A stretch of 41,876 nucleotides of DNA. It comes from Candidatus Iainarchaeum sp. (GTDB lineage Archaea; Iainarchaeota; Iainarchaeia; Iainarchaeales; JAFCCW01). Position numbers and translations under genes: made by a program. The notes beneath the pieces are model-generated. The model did not search any database and had not been told where the DNA came from. It saw only the letters and a program-made list of their open reading frames with translations. Location: positions 1-41,876 of the forward strand of contig JAFCCW010000006.1 in assembly GCA_017609985.1 (NCBI GenBank), written 5' to 3'. Shown here piece by piece: positions 19,839 to 28,189 of the stretch (positions within the stretch are counted from its first letter, which is position 1; each line of letters starts with the position of its first letter).

Positions 19839-19903
19839 GTGTTGGGAGTTAAGGAGGTAAGTTATATCGCAGAGCGGTTCCCTGACTTGCCCCTTATTTT
19901 TTT
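19839..19903 (+). ncRNA. Candidate small structured RNA
   Basis: BRE/TATA (GAGAAAAGTATTTAAAGA, TATA 19810-19817) upstream. 14-bp stem 19850-19864/19883-19896 with G:U pairs and one bulged A, inner hairpin ATCGC-AGA-GCGGT, then T7. GC-rich island in an AT-rich spacer. Confidence 0.5.
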
Positions 19904-20006
19904 AATCTATTTTTTTCAGAAAATTATTTTCTTAGCTTCACATGACTTCTTTCAAAAAATTCAAACTAATACTTAATTACTTTCTCAAACTAATAATTAA
20001 TTCTTC

Positions 20007-20609
20007 TTAATAATTAATTCTGTTCAAAATTCCATCCAAATCAAGTTTTTCTTCCTCTCTCAAAATCGTTTCTGGGTCTGCCTTAGTGGAAACCTGCTTT
20101 GGAAGAAGTGAACAATCAGGAGCCTGTTCAATCGCAATTTCATAAAGCCCGGCTTCCTTGGCAAGGTTTTCAATCTCCAACTTATCCATTCCAATCAAGG
20201 GTCTGACAATAGGAATCTTTACTGCCTGAGAAATAGTTTCCATGTTTGCAAGTGTCTGGCTTGCAACCTGTCCAAGCGAGTCCCCCATAACAACCGCTTT
20301 CGCTCCCTTTTCAGACGAAATCTTTTCAGCAACTCGCATCATCATTCTCTTGCACACCACACACCTGTACTTTGATTCAACATGCTTTGCAATCTCTTCA
20401 GCAACAGGCACGAAATCAGCAGAAACAAGTTCTATTTTCTTTCCAGTGCTTTTTTCAATCTCTTTCAGAATATGCTCTATTTTTTTCAGGGAAACATCCT
20501 GCTTTGAATTCTTTAAATAGAGTGCAATAATATCTGCCTGCTTTGCAGTCAAAAGAGTGGAAACTGCAGAATCAATTCCTCCTGAAATCAGTGATACAAG
20601 CTTTTTCAT
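20007..20609 (-). CDS. ThiI-like tRNA 4-thiouridine synthase catalytic (PP-loop) domain, without THUMP
   Basis: SGGIDS, RCVVCKRMM, GDSLGQVASQTL, RPLIGMDK, distal Cys (PDC); only 200 aa. Confidence 0.88.
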   Translation of the reverse strand: MKKLVSLISGGIDSAVSTLLTAKQADIIALYLKNSKQDVSLKKIEHILKEIEKSTGKKIELVSADFVPVAEEIAKHVESKYRCVVCKRMMMRVAEKISSEKGAKAVVMGDSLGQVASQTLANMETISQAVKIPIVRPLIGMDKLEIENLAKEAGLYEIAIEQAPDCSLLPKQVSTKADPETILREEEKLDLDGILNRINY

Positions 20610-20667
20610 GAAAGCATTAAAAGAGGAACCATTTTAATATCTTTTCAATTAAATTACTTCACTAAAT

Positions 20668-20751
20668 GCCGACGTGGCGGAGCGGCTAAACGCACTCGGC
20701 TTGAGACCGAGAGTCCTCGCGGGCACGCAGGTTCAAATCCTGCCGTCGGCG
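20668..20751 (+). tRNA. tRNA-Ser(TGA)
   Basis: GCCGACG/CGTCGGC acceptor stem, anticodon arm CTCGG-CTTGAGA-CCGAG, long variable arm, discriminator G. Confidence 0.95.
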
Positions 20752-20783
20752 TTTTCAGATTAAGAAAAAAAGGAGTTCAAAAC

Positions 20784-21329
20784 ATGATTTCGGAAAAAGA
20801 ATTTCAAAAAGAAATTGAACTAATCCAGAAAAAATTTGAAAACAATGTTCTTGGCGCAATCAACGACAACGAGCCAAGAAAAGCAATTAGGGCAGCAAGC
20901 TCGTTTATTAATTTTCTTGAAGCAAAAGCAAAAAACATCAAAAAAAAATATTCTGGACAAAGCAAGGACACAAAGGCAACAGATTTTGTTATGGACAAGC
21001 CAAAGACGCCTGAATTCAAACAAAAAGAAATGAAGGGCTACAAGTTTCCAACAGCAAATGATAACCTAGAAGTTTACCTTCTGGAAGTAAGCCATGGTCA
21101 TGAAAATTACATAAAAAGTAAAAAATCCACGCATTTTTACTATATAGTTGAAGGGCAGGGTTCCTTTGACATCAACGGCGTAGAAAAACATGTTTCAAAG
21201 GGACAGTTTGTGGAAATTCCCCCAAAAGTTGAGTACACCTACTCTGGAAAAATGAGAATTCTCATGATAATGGAACCGCCCTGGATTGAAGGAAACGACG
21301 AAGTAACCAAGAAAAATCCAAATGTTTAA
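20784..21329 (+). CDS. Cupin-domain protein with helical N-terminal extension
   Basis: HFYYIVEGQGSFDING...VSKGQFVEIPPKVEY cupin motifs; SD AAGGAG. Confidence 0.78.
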   Translation: MISEKEFQKEIELIQKKFENNVLGAINDNEPRKAIRAASSFINFLEAKAKNIKKKYSGQSKDTKATDFVMDKPKTPEFKQKEMKGYKFPTANDNLEVYLLEVSHGHENYIKSKKSTHFYYIVEGQGSFDINGVEKHVSKGQFVEIPPKVEYTYSGKMRILMIMEPPWIEGNDEVTKKNPNV

Positions 21330-21414
21330 CCAGACAAAGCCAGTCAAATATTTTTCTAAAATAGATTAACTAATTGCTATATTCTTTGACTGGTTCTTCT
21401 TCTTTTTCTATTGC

Positions 21415-21987
21415 TCACAATATTCCAAACACTGCCATTCCATAAAGCAGTACGCCAACAAGTGCTCCTGCTGCAACCATTAACAAACCATGATATACAA
21501 GATTTTCTTTTGCAATCTTTCCAACAAAGGCTCCGAGCAAAAATAATGAAATTGCCATCAAAGCAAAAGAAGCATAAAATGCTTCAGTAAGCCCGATCAG
21601 TTTCGTTAGCGCAAAAAAGAATGGGGCTAGAACAATCAATCCAACAAAAGTACTGCTCAAGCCATTTGCCAAGCCCATTACCAAAGACAATTTCTTGTAT
21701 TCTTTTTCAATGCTTGTCTTTTCAAGCTTTCTCATTAAATGCCTTTCAAGAATCTTCAGGTCCCTTGTTTTCTCAGCTTTCTCTGCCTGATAACCTCCAA
21801 GAATTCCACTGATGCCAGTGGCAATGATTGCTCCAATGCATGAAATCACTACAAGATTTGCACTGTCAACTCCAGCAACAAACATTGCAAGAATTATTCC
21901 AAGGATTGTGAGAACACCGTCAAAAGAGTTCATTACGATGTATCGCCTAACAATCTCGTTTTTTCTGATAAGGAGAAAAGCGTCCAT
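21415..21987 (-). CDS. VIT1/CCC1-family membrane protein (archaeal type)
   Basis: RRYIVMNSFDGVLT, GISGILGGYQAEKAE, about five TM segments; paired with DUF211. Confidence 0.88.
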   Translation of the reverse strand: MDAFLLIRKNEIVRRYIVMNSFDGVLTILGIILAMFVAGVDSANLVVISCIGAIIATGISGILGGYQAEKAEKTRDLKILERHLMRKLEKTSIEKEYKKLSLVMGLANGLSSTFVGLIVLAPFFFALTKLIGLTEAFYASFALMAISLFLLGAFVGKIAKENLVYHGLLMVAAGALVGVLLYGMAVFGIL

Positions 21988-21994
21988 TTAACTA

Positions 21995-22300
21995 CTACTC
22001 CTTTTTGTCAATCTGGGGAACTTCAATAACCTTTCTCTTTCCAACAATAACCTTGTCAACGGAGTGAATTACTGCTCCAAATTCTTCAACTGTGGCAGAA
22101 ACAGCATCAAAATTTATTGAAGAGCCTTCAAGCGTAACCTTCACAGTCTCAGTCTTTTCATCAATAGCAGTCACTGCAATATTAGCGTTCTGCACGCTTT
22201 TTTCAGAGCAAAGTTCTTGAGCAAACTCAACAATTGAAGGCTTGTGTGGCTTTAAAACATCAATAACCAGAACCTTCACAGCCTGTTTTTTGCCAGCCAT
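21995..22300 (-). CDS. DUF211 family protein
   Basis: LVIDVLKPHKP...IDEKTE...GAVIHSVD. Confidence 0.88.
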   Translation of the reverse strand: MAGKKQAVKVLVIDVLKPHKPSIVEFAQELCSEKSVQNANIAVTAIDEKTETVKVTLEGSSINFDAVSATVEEFGAVIHSVDKVIVGKRKVIEVPQIDKKE

Positions 22301-22334
22301 ACGCCAATAAAAGAGTCAAACTGGTATAAATAGG

Positions 22335-22565
22335 TTAGGGTTTTTCCTGCCTGTTAACTCTGTTAAGTGCCTGTCTCAGCTGTTCAAACTCTTGGTGCTC
22401 CCCTGGTGTGAGAACAGGCTTTGCTTCCAGCTCACGAAAGCGAGTCACAATGTCTTTTTCAATTATAACAGGTTTTCTTGGCACACCGCCTTCCTGATAA
22501 TGGACAGCAACTTTTCCCTCTCCGCCTCTTCTAAGCAAGCGTCTTCTTCCCTGACCAGGAGCCAT
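22335..22565 (-). CDS. Small hypothetical protein with Arg-rich N-terminus (76 aa)
   Basis: Start moved to ATG 22565 (MAPGQGRRRLLRR), with TTTTATA 24 nt upstream. The longer call would run through the tRNA promoter. Confidence 0.6.
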   Translation of the reverse strand: MAPGQGRRRLLRRGGEGKVAVHYQEGGVPRKPVIIEKDIVTRFRELEAKPVLTPGEHQEFEQLRQALNRVNRQEKP

Positions 22566-22619
22566 AGCAATAATATTAAAGCTTTCTTCTATAAAATTCT
22601 TTACAATCGCACTAATCAA

Positions 22620-22703
22620 GCCGAGGTGGCGGAGTGGTCAAACGCGCTAGGTTGGAAACCTAGTTTCTTCACGGATACGCGAGTTCGAATCTCGTCCTCG
22701 GCG
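22620..22703 (+). tRNA. tRNA-Ser(GGA)
   Basis: GCCGAGG/CCTCGGC acceptor stem, anticodon arm CTAGG-TTGGAAA-CCTAG, long variable arm. Confidence 0.95.
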
Positions 22704-22771
22704 TGCTTTACTCAAGAGAGCAAGAGCATTAAATTTTAATACAACCTATGACTATTGTATAGTGATTTGTA

Positions 22772-23005
22772 ATGCCTCCGGAACCGCCAAAAAAGCATAT
22801 TCCTGAACCACCAAAACACCACTCTGGGTTAAATCTTTCAAAAAGAACAGCTCTCGCAATAGGGTTAGTGCTTGCATTTATTGTAGCAGGAATAACTGGC
22901 TATGTAATGTTTGGGCTTGGAATCTCAATCGAAACAATTCTGCCAGTGCTTGCGCCAGTTTGGGTTGGAGTGCTTACACTATCTTACACAATTCTGAGAA
23001 GCTAG
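22772..23005 (+). CDS. Small two-TM membrane protein with repeated PEPPK(K)H N-terminus
   Basis: MPPEPPKKHIPEPPKHH followed by two hydrophobic helices. Confidence 0.72.
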   Translation: MPPEPPKKHIPEPPKHHSGLNLSKRTALAIGLVLAFIVAGITGYVMFGLGISIETILPVLAPVWVGVLTLSYTILRS

Positions 23006-23117
23006 TGACAAGAAGCAGGCAAGCTTTATAAAAGTAACAAACAAGCAGTAGACAAACAACAAACAAGGAGCAAACAAGAATCCTTTAAAAGCTTATTTCT
23101 CTCAATTTAATTACCGC

Positions 23118-23201
23118 GCGGGGTTGCGGGAGAGGTCAAACCGGCAAGGTTGAGGGCCTTGTGTCTTAGTGACTACAAGCGTTCGAATCGCTTACCCCGC
23201 A
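23118..23201 (+). tRNA. tRNA-Leu(GAG)
   Basis: GCGGGGT/ACCCCGC acceptor stem, anticodon arm CAAGG-TTGAGGG-CCTTG, long variable arm, discriminator A. Confidence 0.94.
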
Positions 23202-23308
23202 TCTTTCTTTTTGTAAAAGCTTAGCCAATGCATTTCTATTTCTAAACCACAAATCCAGAATCTGGTCTCATGCGTCTAAAAAAGTTCAGAGAAAACTGTT
23301 TACTTTAT

Positions 23309-23542
23309 TCACTCGCCTGAAATCTTGGCAAAGTGGAACAGTGATCTTGCCTGCATGTAGAGAGTGAAACCACCTACTCCCGCCAGCCAAGCTGCAACAT
23401 AGTACATCATTGGCGTCGTGGTGTCTCCGATAAGGTGGATTGTTATCCCCTGAATAAGACACCAAATGAACAGGCTTGCAAGCACTACTCCAATTACGAA
23501 AAAGAACACTGCTTTTACAAACATACTTTTTGATTGATCCAT
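23309..23542 (-). CDS. Small two-TM membrane protein
   Basis: 77 aa, two hydrophobic helices; SD AAGGTG upstream. Confidence 0.72.
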   Translation of the reverse strand: MDQSKSMFVKAVFFFVIGVVLASLFIWCLIQGITIHLIGDTTTPMMYYVAAWLAGVGGFTLYMQARSLFHFAKISGE

Positions 23543-23618
23543 TTTAACACCTTTAACTTTGAGGATAGTATTGTTTCTCTTTAATAAATGTTTTCCCGCA
23601 TCTAAAATATTGGTTTGG

Positions 23619-24503
23619 ATGAAAATAGTTTATTCTCCAAAGTATCTGAAACACGGTTTTGAAAGCCATCCTGAATGCCCTGGCAGGGCATCGGCTATTT
23701 ATAATTTTCTAAAAGAAAAGTCTCTTGAATTTGTTTCACCAACCCCTGTAATCGAAAACGACTTGTTATTGGTTCATGAAGAAGAATTGCTCTCAAAACT
23801 GAAACTGTTTTCAAAAATGCAGATGTCCACTTCAGACAATCCCTTCAAGGAAAACACTTTCGAGATTGCAAAGCTTGCTGCTGGTGGAGCACTAAAGGCA
23901 GCGCAGTTAGCAGAAAAAGAATTTGCTTTTGCTCTTGTTAGGCCGCCTGGCCATCACGCAGGAAAAAACTTTTTTGGGGGATTCTGTTATCTAAACAATC
24001 TTGCTTTTGCTGTCAGAAAGATTCAGAAAGAAAAGGGAATTGGAAATATTCTAATCGCAGACTTTGACATGCACCATGGCAATGGAACACAGGATATTTT
24101 TAGAGAAGATGCAAGTGTTTACTTTTTTTCAATGCACCAAGACCCGATAGACACTTATCCATTAACTGGAACGGATTCGGAGAACACAGAGCACATTAGA
24201 AATGCAATTCTTAAAGGGGGTGAAGGAGACAGGCTTTTTGTAAAAACTTTTAAGGAAAATTTTGAGGAAATGTTTGACAGGGCAGAACCGGAGATGATTG
24301 CTGTTTCCGCAGGATTTGATGCTTTCCACGCGGACGCACAGTATGTGGGGAGCAGGATTGGAATTGAAAAAACAAGCACTTTTGGAGAGATTGGGAAAAT
24401 AATAGCTTCAAAGAAACTGCCCTGCTTTGCTGTACTGGAAGGAGGTTATCATCAACCAACTCTGGGAGAGAATGCCTTTAAATTCATTAAAGAGTTTAAA
24501 TAA
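23619..24503 (+). CDS. Histone deacetylase-family (Zn-dependent) amidohydrolase
   Basis: HPECPGR, RPPGHHA, GFCYLNN, DFDMHHGNGTQ, SAGFD, LEGGY. Start placed at ATG 23619. Confidence 0.95.
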   Translation: MKIVYSPKYLKHGFESHPECPGRASAIYNFLKEKSLEFVSPTPVIENDLLLVHEEELLSKLKLFSKMQMSTSDNPFKENTFEIAKLAAGGALKAAQLAEKEFAFALVRPPGHHAGKNFFGGFCYLNNLAFAVRKIQKEKGIGNILIADFDMHHGNGTQDIFREDASVYFFSMHQDPIDTYPLTGTDSENTEHIRNAILKGGEGDRLFVKTFKENFEEMFDRAEPEMIAVSAGFDAFHADAQYVGSRIGIEKTSTFGEIGKIIASKKLPCFAVLEGGYHQPTLGENAFKFIKEFK

Positions 24504-24521
24504 GTACAATAGGGGAATAAA

Positions 24522-25013
24522 ATGAAAGTGCTCATAGTATACTATTCCAAAACTGGAAACACAGAGGCAGCAGCAAAGGCAATTTCTGCAAAGCTAAGAG
24601 AGCATAAACACAAAGTAAATCTTCTAAAAATTCTCCCAAAAAAAGAACTAAAAGCAAGGGATTACAAAAAAACAGGGAACAGAGTAGAACTAAAAAACAA
24701 TCCTGTTTCATTTATTGACTATGACCTTGTAATTGTCGGAACACCTGTCTGGAATTTTTCTCCATCTCCAGTAGTTCTTTCCTATCTTCGACAAACCAGC
24801 AAGCTCAAAAATAAAAAATTTGCATTGTTTGCAACCTGCACTGCAATGTCTGGCTCCACAATTCTCAAAATGTCCAACATTCTCAGCACACGCGGAGCAA
24901 AAGTAGTTGAGTCTCTGACAATCAAGTCAATTTTTGCACTCGACAAAGAAAAGCTGAAAGAAGCAGAAGTATTCGCAGAAAAATTATCTGAAAAAAATAG
25001 TCCAAGAAAATAA
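24522..25013 (+). CDS. Flavodoxin-family protein
   Basis: YYSKTGNTE FMN-binding loop, YDLVIVGTPVW, FALFATC. Confidence 0.9.
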   Translation: MKVLIVYYSKTGNTEAAAKAISAKLREHKHKVNLLKILPKKELKARDYKKTGNRVELKNNPVSFIDYDLVIVGTPVWNFSPSPVVLSYLRQTSKLKNKKFALFATCTAMSGSTILKMSNILSTRGAKVVESLTIKSIFALDKEKLKEAEVFAEKLSEKNSPRK

Positions 25014-25059
25014 CTTGAAAGAGATAACCTGAAGGAAACATCTTGAAAGAAATATCCTG
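25008..25059. repeat. Degenerate 14-bp tandem repeats at the flavodoxin 3' end
   Basis: AAATAACTTGAAAG AGATAACCTGAAGG AAACATCTTGAAAG AAATATCCTG. Confidence 0.7.
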
Positions 25060-25115
25060 TTTATTTTTTCTAAGGAGTTAAGTCTTGCCAATTTAATTAG
25101 TGCCAAGTTATTGCC

Positions 25116-25295
25116 TTACTCCTGTTTTAGCAGGTTAAGATTTGAGTAAATATAAATCAGTGCAAGACTCATTATTAGAATTGCAAACAACACATCCCAC
25201 ATATACTTGTTCATCAGCCGTTCATAAAGATAGATTAGACAAACCAAGAGAACGATTATTCCAAGAGTTATTTCAGTAACATTATTTTCAGCCAT
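25116..25295 (-). CDS. 59-aa two-TM membrane protein, absent from the supplied ORF track
   Basis: MAENNVTEITLGIIVLLVCLIYLYERLMNKYMWDVLFAILIMSLALIYIYSNLNLLKQE*; TTTAAATA box about 22 nt upstream on the minus strand. Confidence 0.72.
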   Translation of the reverse strand: MAENNVTEITLGIIVLLVCLIYLYERLMNKYMWDVLFAILIMSLALIYIYSNLNLLKQE

Positions 25296-25489
25296 GTACA
25301 GTAAATAGGTTTCAAAAATATTTAAAATTAACTGGTTTGCGGGAAAAGGTTAAAAAAAGAGGAAAAAAGTGTCCGAATTTCATTTTCCGATTTGTTAAAG
25401 AATTAACGAAAAAACAGTTTTCAGCAAGGTTTTTAATCTAGAGGCACAAAAATATTATTAATAAAGAGCTTGTTTTAAATTACTTGAAT

Positions 25490-25562
25490 GGGTCCGTAGC
25501 CTAGTGGATAGGGCAACTGCCTTCTAAGCAGTGGGTCGGCGGTTCGAATCCGCCCGGACCCG
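25490..25562 (+). tRNA. tRNA-Arg(TCT)
   Basis: GGGTCCG/CGGACCC acceptor stem, anticodon arm ACTGC-CTTCTAA-GCAGT, GGTTCGAATCC T-arm. Confidence 0.96.
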
Positions 25563-25566
25563 TTTC

Positions 25567-25983
25567 TTATTCAACTCCAAACTTAGTTTTGATTCTTTCA
25601 AGCCTTTTTATAAGCGTGTCATGAACTTTCTGGCCAGTATGTTTAAGTTTGCCATCAAGCCAAGTATAAAAATATCCTTCAAGGTCAATATATCCGCTTT
25701 TGTCCGCAGTAGCAACTCTGATTAAATGTTTTTCTTTGTCGCCTGCTCTTCCTTTCACAAGAATTTCTCTTGCCTTTTCAGGACTTGCCTCCAAAAGTCT
25801 TCTAACCTGCTTTGCTGCTTCTAACTCTCCCGCAGAGCAACGAAAATGCCTGCAAAAATAATGGTCATTAAAAGCTCTGGGAAAGAATCCCCCAAATCGA
25901 GAATCTGGTTTTTCACTGGGGCAGGTTTCTAAAAGAGGGCATTGTTTGCAGCCCCTAGTGTTTCTCTTTTTTATTGAAGGCAC
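25567..25983 (-). CDS. Cys/His-rich hypothetical protein, paralogue of 41309-41728
   Basis: GTG start; CKQCP...C, HYFCRHFRCS, GYIDLEGYFYT, TGQK shared with the other copy. Confidence 0.82.
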   Translation of the reverse strand: MPSIKKRNTRGCKQCPLLETCPSEKPDSRFGGFFPRAFNDHYFCRHFRCSAGELEAAKQVRRLLEASPEKAREILVKGRAGDKEKHLIRVATADKSGYIDLEGYFYTWLDGKLKHTGQKVHDTLIKRLERIKTKFGVE

Positions 25984-26060
25984 AATAACAAAATAGGTCT
26001 TTTTTATTTAATTCTTTCTCAATTAGAAAAATATATAATCTTGAAAAGCAATATTTTATT

Positions 26061-26621
26061 ATGGTCTGCGGGAAAGTAGATGAATTCTCTGTCAAAAAAG
26101 ATGGAAAGAATGTGTCCATAAAATTCAGATATCCTTCCATGAAAGATGTTCCCTCTGCACTCAGCTACATCAATGCAGTGAGAAAGGAAGCAGAATTTCT
26201 TGGACTGACCCATATGGAGACAACCGAATCCGAAAAAAAATATTTGCAGGAACAAATTGAAAATATTGAAAAAAGGAAAGGAGTATTTTTGTTTGTGGAA
26301 GTTGAAAACAAAATTGTAGGGAGCTCAGTTATCAAACCAAATTCAAAAGATGTTTCCCACCATGTTGGAACTTTTGGAATATCCTTGCGTGAAGAATTCA
26401 CTGGCTTGGGCATTGGAACAAGACTTGCAAGAAAAGTTTTGGAGCTGGCGAAAACAGAAACAAGGTTCACGCTAATCGAATCAGAACACTTTTCCGAAAA
26501 CAAAAGAAGCAAGGCGCTTCATGAAAAGCTTGGTTTCAAGCAATGGGGCGTGTTTCCAAACGAAAGAAAGCTCAAGACAGGCAGGCTCAACGATGGCGTG
26601 CATCTTTATCTGGAACTATGA
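26061..26621 (+). CDS. GNAT-family N-acetyltransferase
   Basis: HVGTFGISLREEFTGLGIGTRL, N..SKALHEKLGF. Confidence 0.92.
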   Translation: MVCGKVDEFSVKKDGKNVSIKFRYPSMKDVPSALSYINAVRKEAEFLGLTHMETTESEKKYLQEQIENIEKRKGVFLFVEVENKIVGSSVIKPNSKDVSHHVGTFGISLREEFTGLGIGTRLARKVLELAKTETRFTLIESEHFSENKRSKALHEKLGFKQWGVFPNERKLKTGRLNDGVHLYLEL

Positions 26622-26663
26622 TGGTTGAGAAGGCATAAAAATTGAGGAAATATGAAAATTGAA

Positions 26664-27416
26664 TCAGGAAAGCTGTTCGTCAACAAATCTTTGCTCTTCA
26701 CTACCCATCTTTTCTTTTTCATGTTGTTCAATTTTTTCAAGAGTACAGCTTAAATCGCCCATAACCTGTTTTGCTCCCTCGCTTGAATGGATTTCCTGAA
26801 TTGCTGCTTCAACTTCTATTGCGTCTCTTTGTAGACTATTTATTAATCCAGAGTAAACAGATTTTGAAATCTTTCTCTTAAGATACTTTGATTTTGCAAG
26901 AGACATTTGTTTCACAATTTTTTCCTTTCTTTCAAGAAGTTCTTTCAGCACATGCCTTTTCCTTGCAGTGACTCTTTCAAGTTCGCTTCTCTCCTGTTCG
27001 TTTTCGCCCAGCTCTCGGTGATAAAGCCTGTCAATGTCTGCTTCAAGTTTTATCATCTTCCTGTGGTTTTTCTCCATTATCTGGGTAAAGGTCTCCTGTC
27101 TAATCTTTCGCTTAAGAAATTTTTTTTCAGCAATGTTTATTTCTTCAATCAGAATCTTTTTTTTCTTAATCAGCTGTCGCAGAGTAGGAGAACCATACTT
27201 TAGCTTGATAATCGCGAGCAAGAGAATCAATGCAAGAACAAAAACAATCACCGCAAGCACAAAAATCAAAATAGCTTTCCACAGAATAAAAGCAAGAACA
27301 ATCGCAAGAACAATTGCAACATAAAGAACAGGGTTCTCCATTGCCTTGTCGTGAAGAAGAACAAAGTAATCAAACAAGCAGTGAGTTGCTTCTTCAATTT
27401 TTTCTTTCAAATTCAT
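26664..27416 (-). CDS. Membrane-anchored coiled-coil protein with two internal repeats
   Basis: N-terminal double TM; repeated units KKFLKRKIRQETF and SKYLKRKISKSVY. Confidence 0.75.
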   Translation of the reverse strand: MNLKEKIEEATHCLFDYFVLLHDKAMENPVLYVAIVLAIVLAFILWKAILIFVLAVIVFVLALILLLAIIKLKYGSPTLRQLIKKKKILIEEINIAEKKFLKRKIRQETFTQIMEKNHRKMIKLEADIDRLYHRELGENEQERSELERVTARKRHVLKELLERKEKIVKQMSLAKSKYLKRKISKSVYSGLINSLQRDAIEVEAAIQEIHSSEGAKQVMGDLSCTLEKIEQHEKEKMGSEEQRFVDEQLS

Positions 27417-27452
27417 GCTATCATTATTGCGTTCAGGTTTAAAAAAATTGCC

Positions 27453-28079
27453 CTAAGCCTTTATTGCCTTCAAAGCATGTTCAAGGTCTTTTTCTTTTAC
27501 AACAAAAAGCGTGTCAGTCCAGCTACTCGCGGTTTCAATGATGTTAATGCCCTTGTTTCCAAGGCGGGAATAAAAGAAGGCAACAACCCCTGGAAGTTTC
27601 TCTATTTCCGGACTGCTCCTAATCAGGATTTCAACTAATCCTTCTTTTTCAGAAACAATAAATTGCTTGAATTTTTTCTTGATTGTCTTGCTAAATTTTT
27701 CGTGAGTGATTATTGTAATAGACTTGCTCCCCCTAATTAAATGAAATTGCTCGTTTTCAGAGGAGATGTCTGCAACAAGAGAAGAGACTGTTGAAAAAGG
27801 AGCTTTGTCACTGAGCACAAAAACACAAATCCTGCTCTTAACCTCAAAACTGCTTTCCCTTAACAGCTTTCTGATTCTGCTAGACTTGTCGTCTTTTCTT
27901 AACTGTTCAGAAAGGCGTCTTAAAGAAACAACAATTGCGTCAAAAGTTTTTGGGTCAAGTTTTCTTTCGCGGATTATTTCTCTTGCCACAGCAGAATAAT
28001 TGATAATTCCTTGCCTAATCATTTCGGAAAGGAAAGGTTTTTCTTCAACAAACTGCTTTGTATCTGAAGACACCGACAT
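27453..28079 (-). CDS. Archaeal ACT-domain protein with N-terminal helical (putative DNA-binding) domain
   Basis: GIINYSAVAREI N-domain; C-terminal PGVVAFFYSRLGNKGINIIETASSWTDTLFVV ACT fold. Start placed at ATG 28079. Confidence 0.85.
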   Translation of the reverse strand: MSVSSDTKQFVEEKPFLSEMIRQGIINYSAVAREIIRERKLDPKTFDAIVVSLRRLSEQLRKDDKSSRIRKLLRESSFEVKSRICVFVLSDKAPFSTVSSLVADISSENEQFHLIRGSKSITIITHEKFSKTIKKKFKQFIVSEKEGLVEILIRSSPEIEKLPGVVAFFYSRLGNKGINIIETASSWTDTLFVVKEKDLEHALKAIKA

Positions 28080-28189
28080 ACACACAATTTGTTTGGAAAA
28101 ACATATAAATGTTTTATATTGGACATTTATGTTTATTTTGTCTGTTTTCGGGCGTCAGGCTTTTTAATAAGGGAAACAGTTTTTAGTGT

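Noticed and set aside
19845-19896. Minus-strand resemblance to the 16S rRNA 3' end (GGGGCAAGTC...GGGAACC...ACCTCCTTA)
   Set aside because: Patchy similarity, the conserved GTAACAAGGTA is missing, and the promoter and G:U pairs point to the + strand.
21340-21393. Inverted repeat CCAGTCAAA...TTTGACTGG between convergent genes
   Set aside because: Only 9 bp with a 36-nt loop; it may aid termination but is too weak to call.
22392-22739. 115-aa + strand ORF, and likewise 25531-25725
   Set aside because: These run through tRNA genes and antisense to better-supported ORFs.
20668-25983. Integrated element at the tRNA genes
   Set aside because: No integrase or transposase, and no duplicated tRNA 3' end seen.
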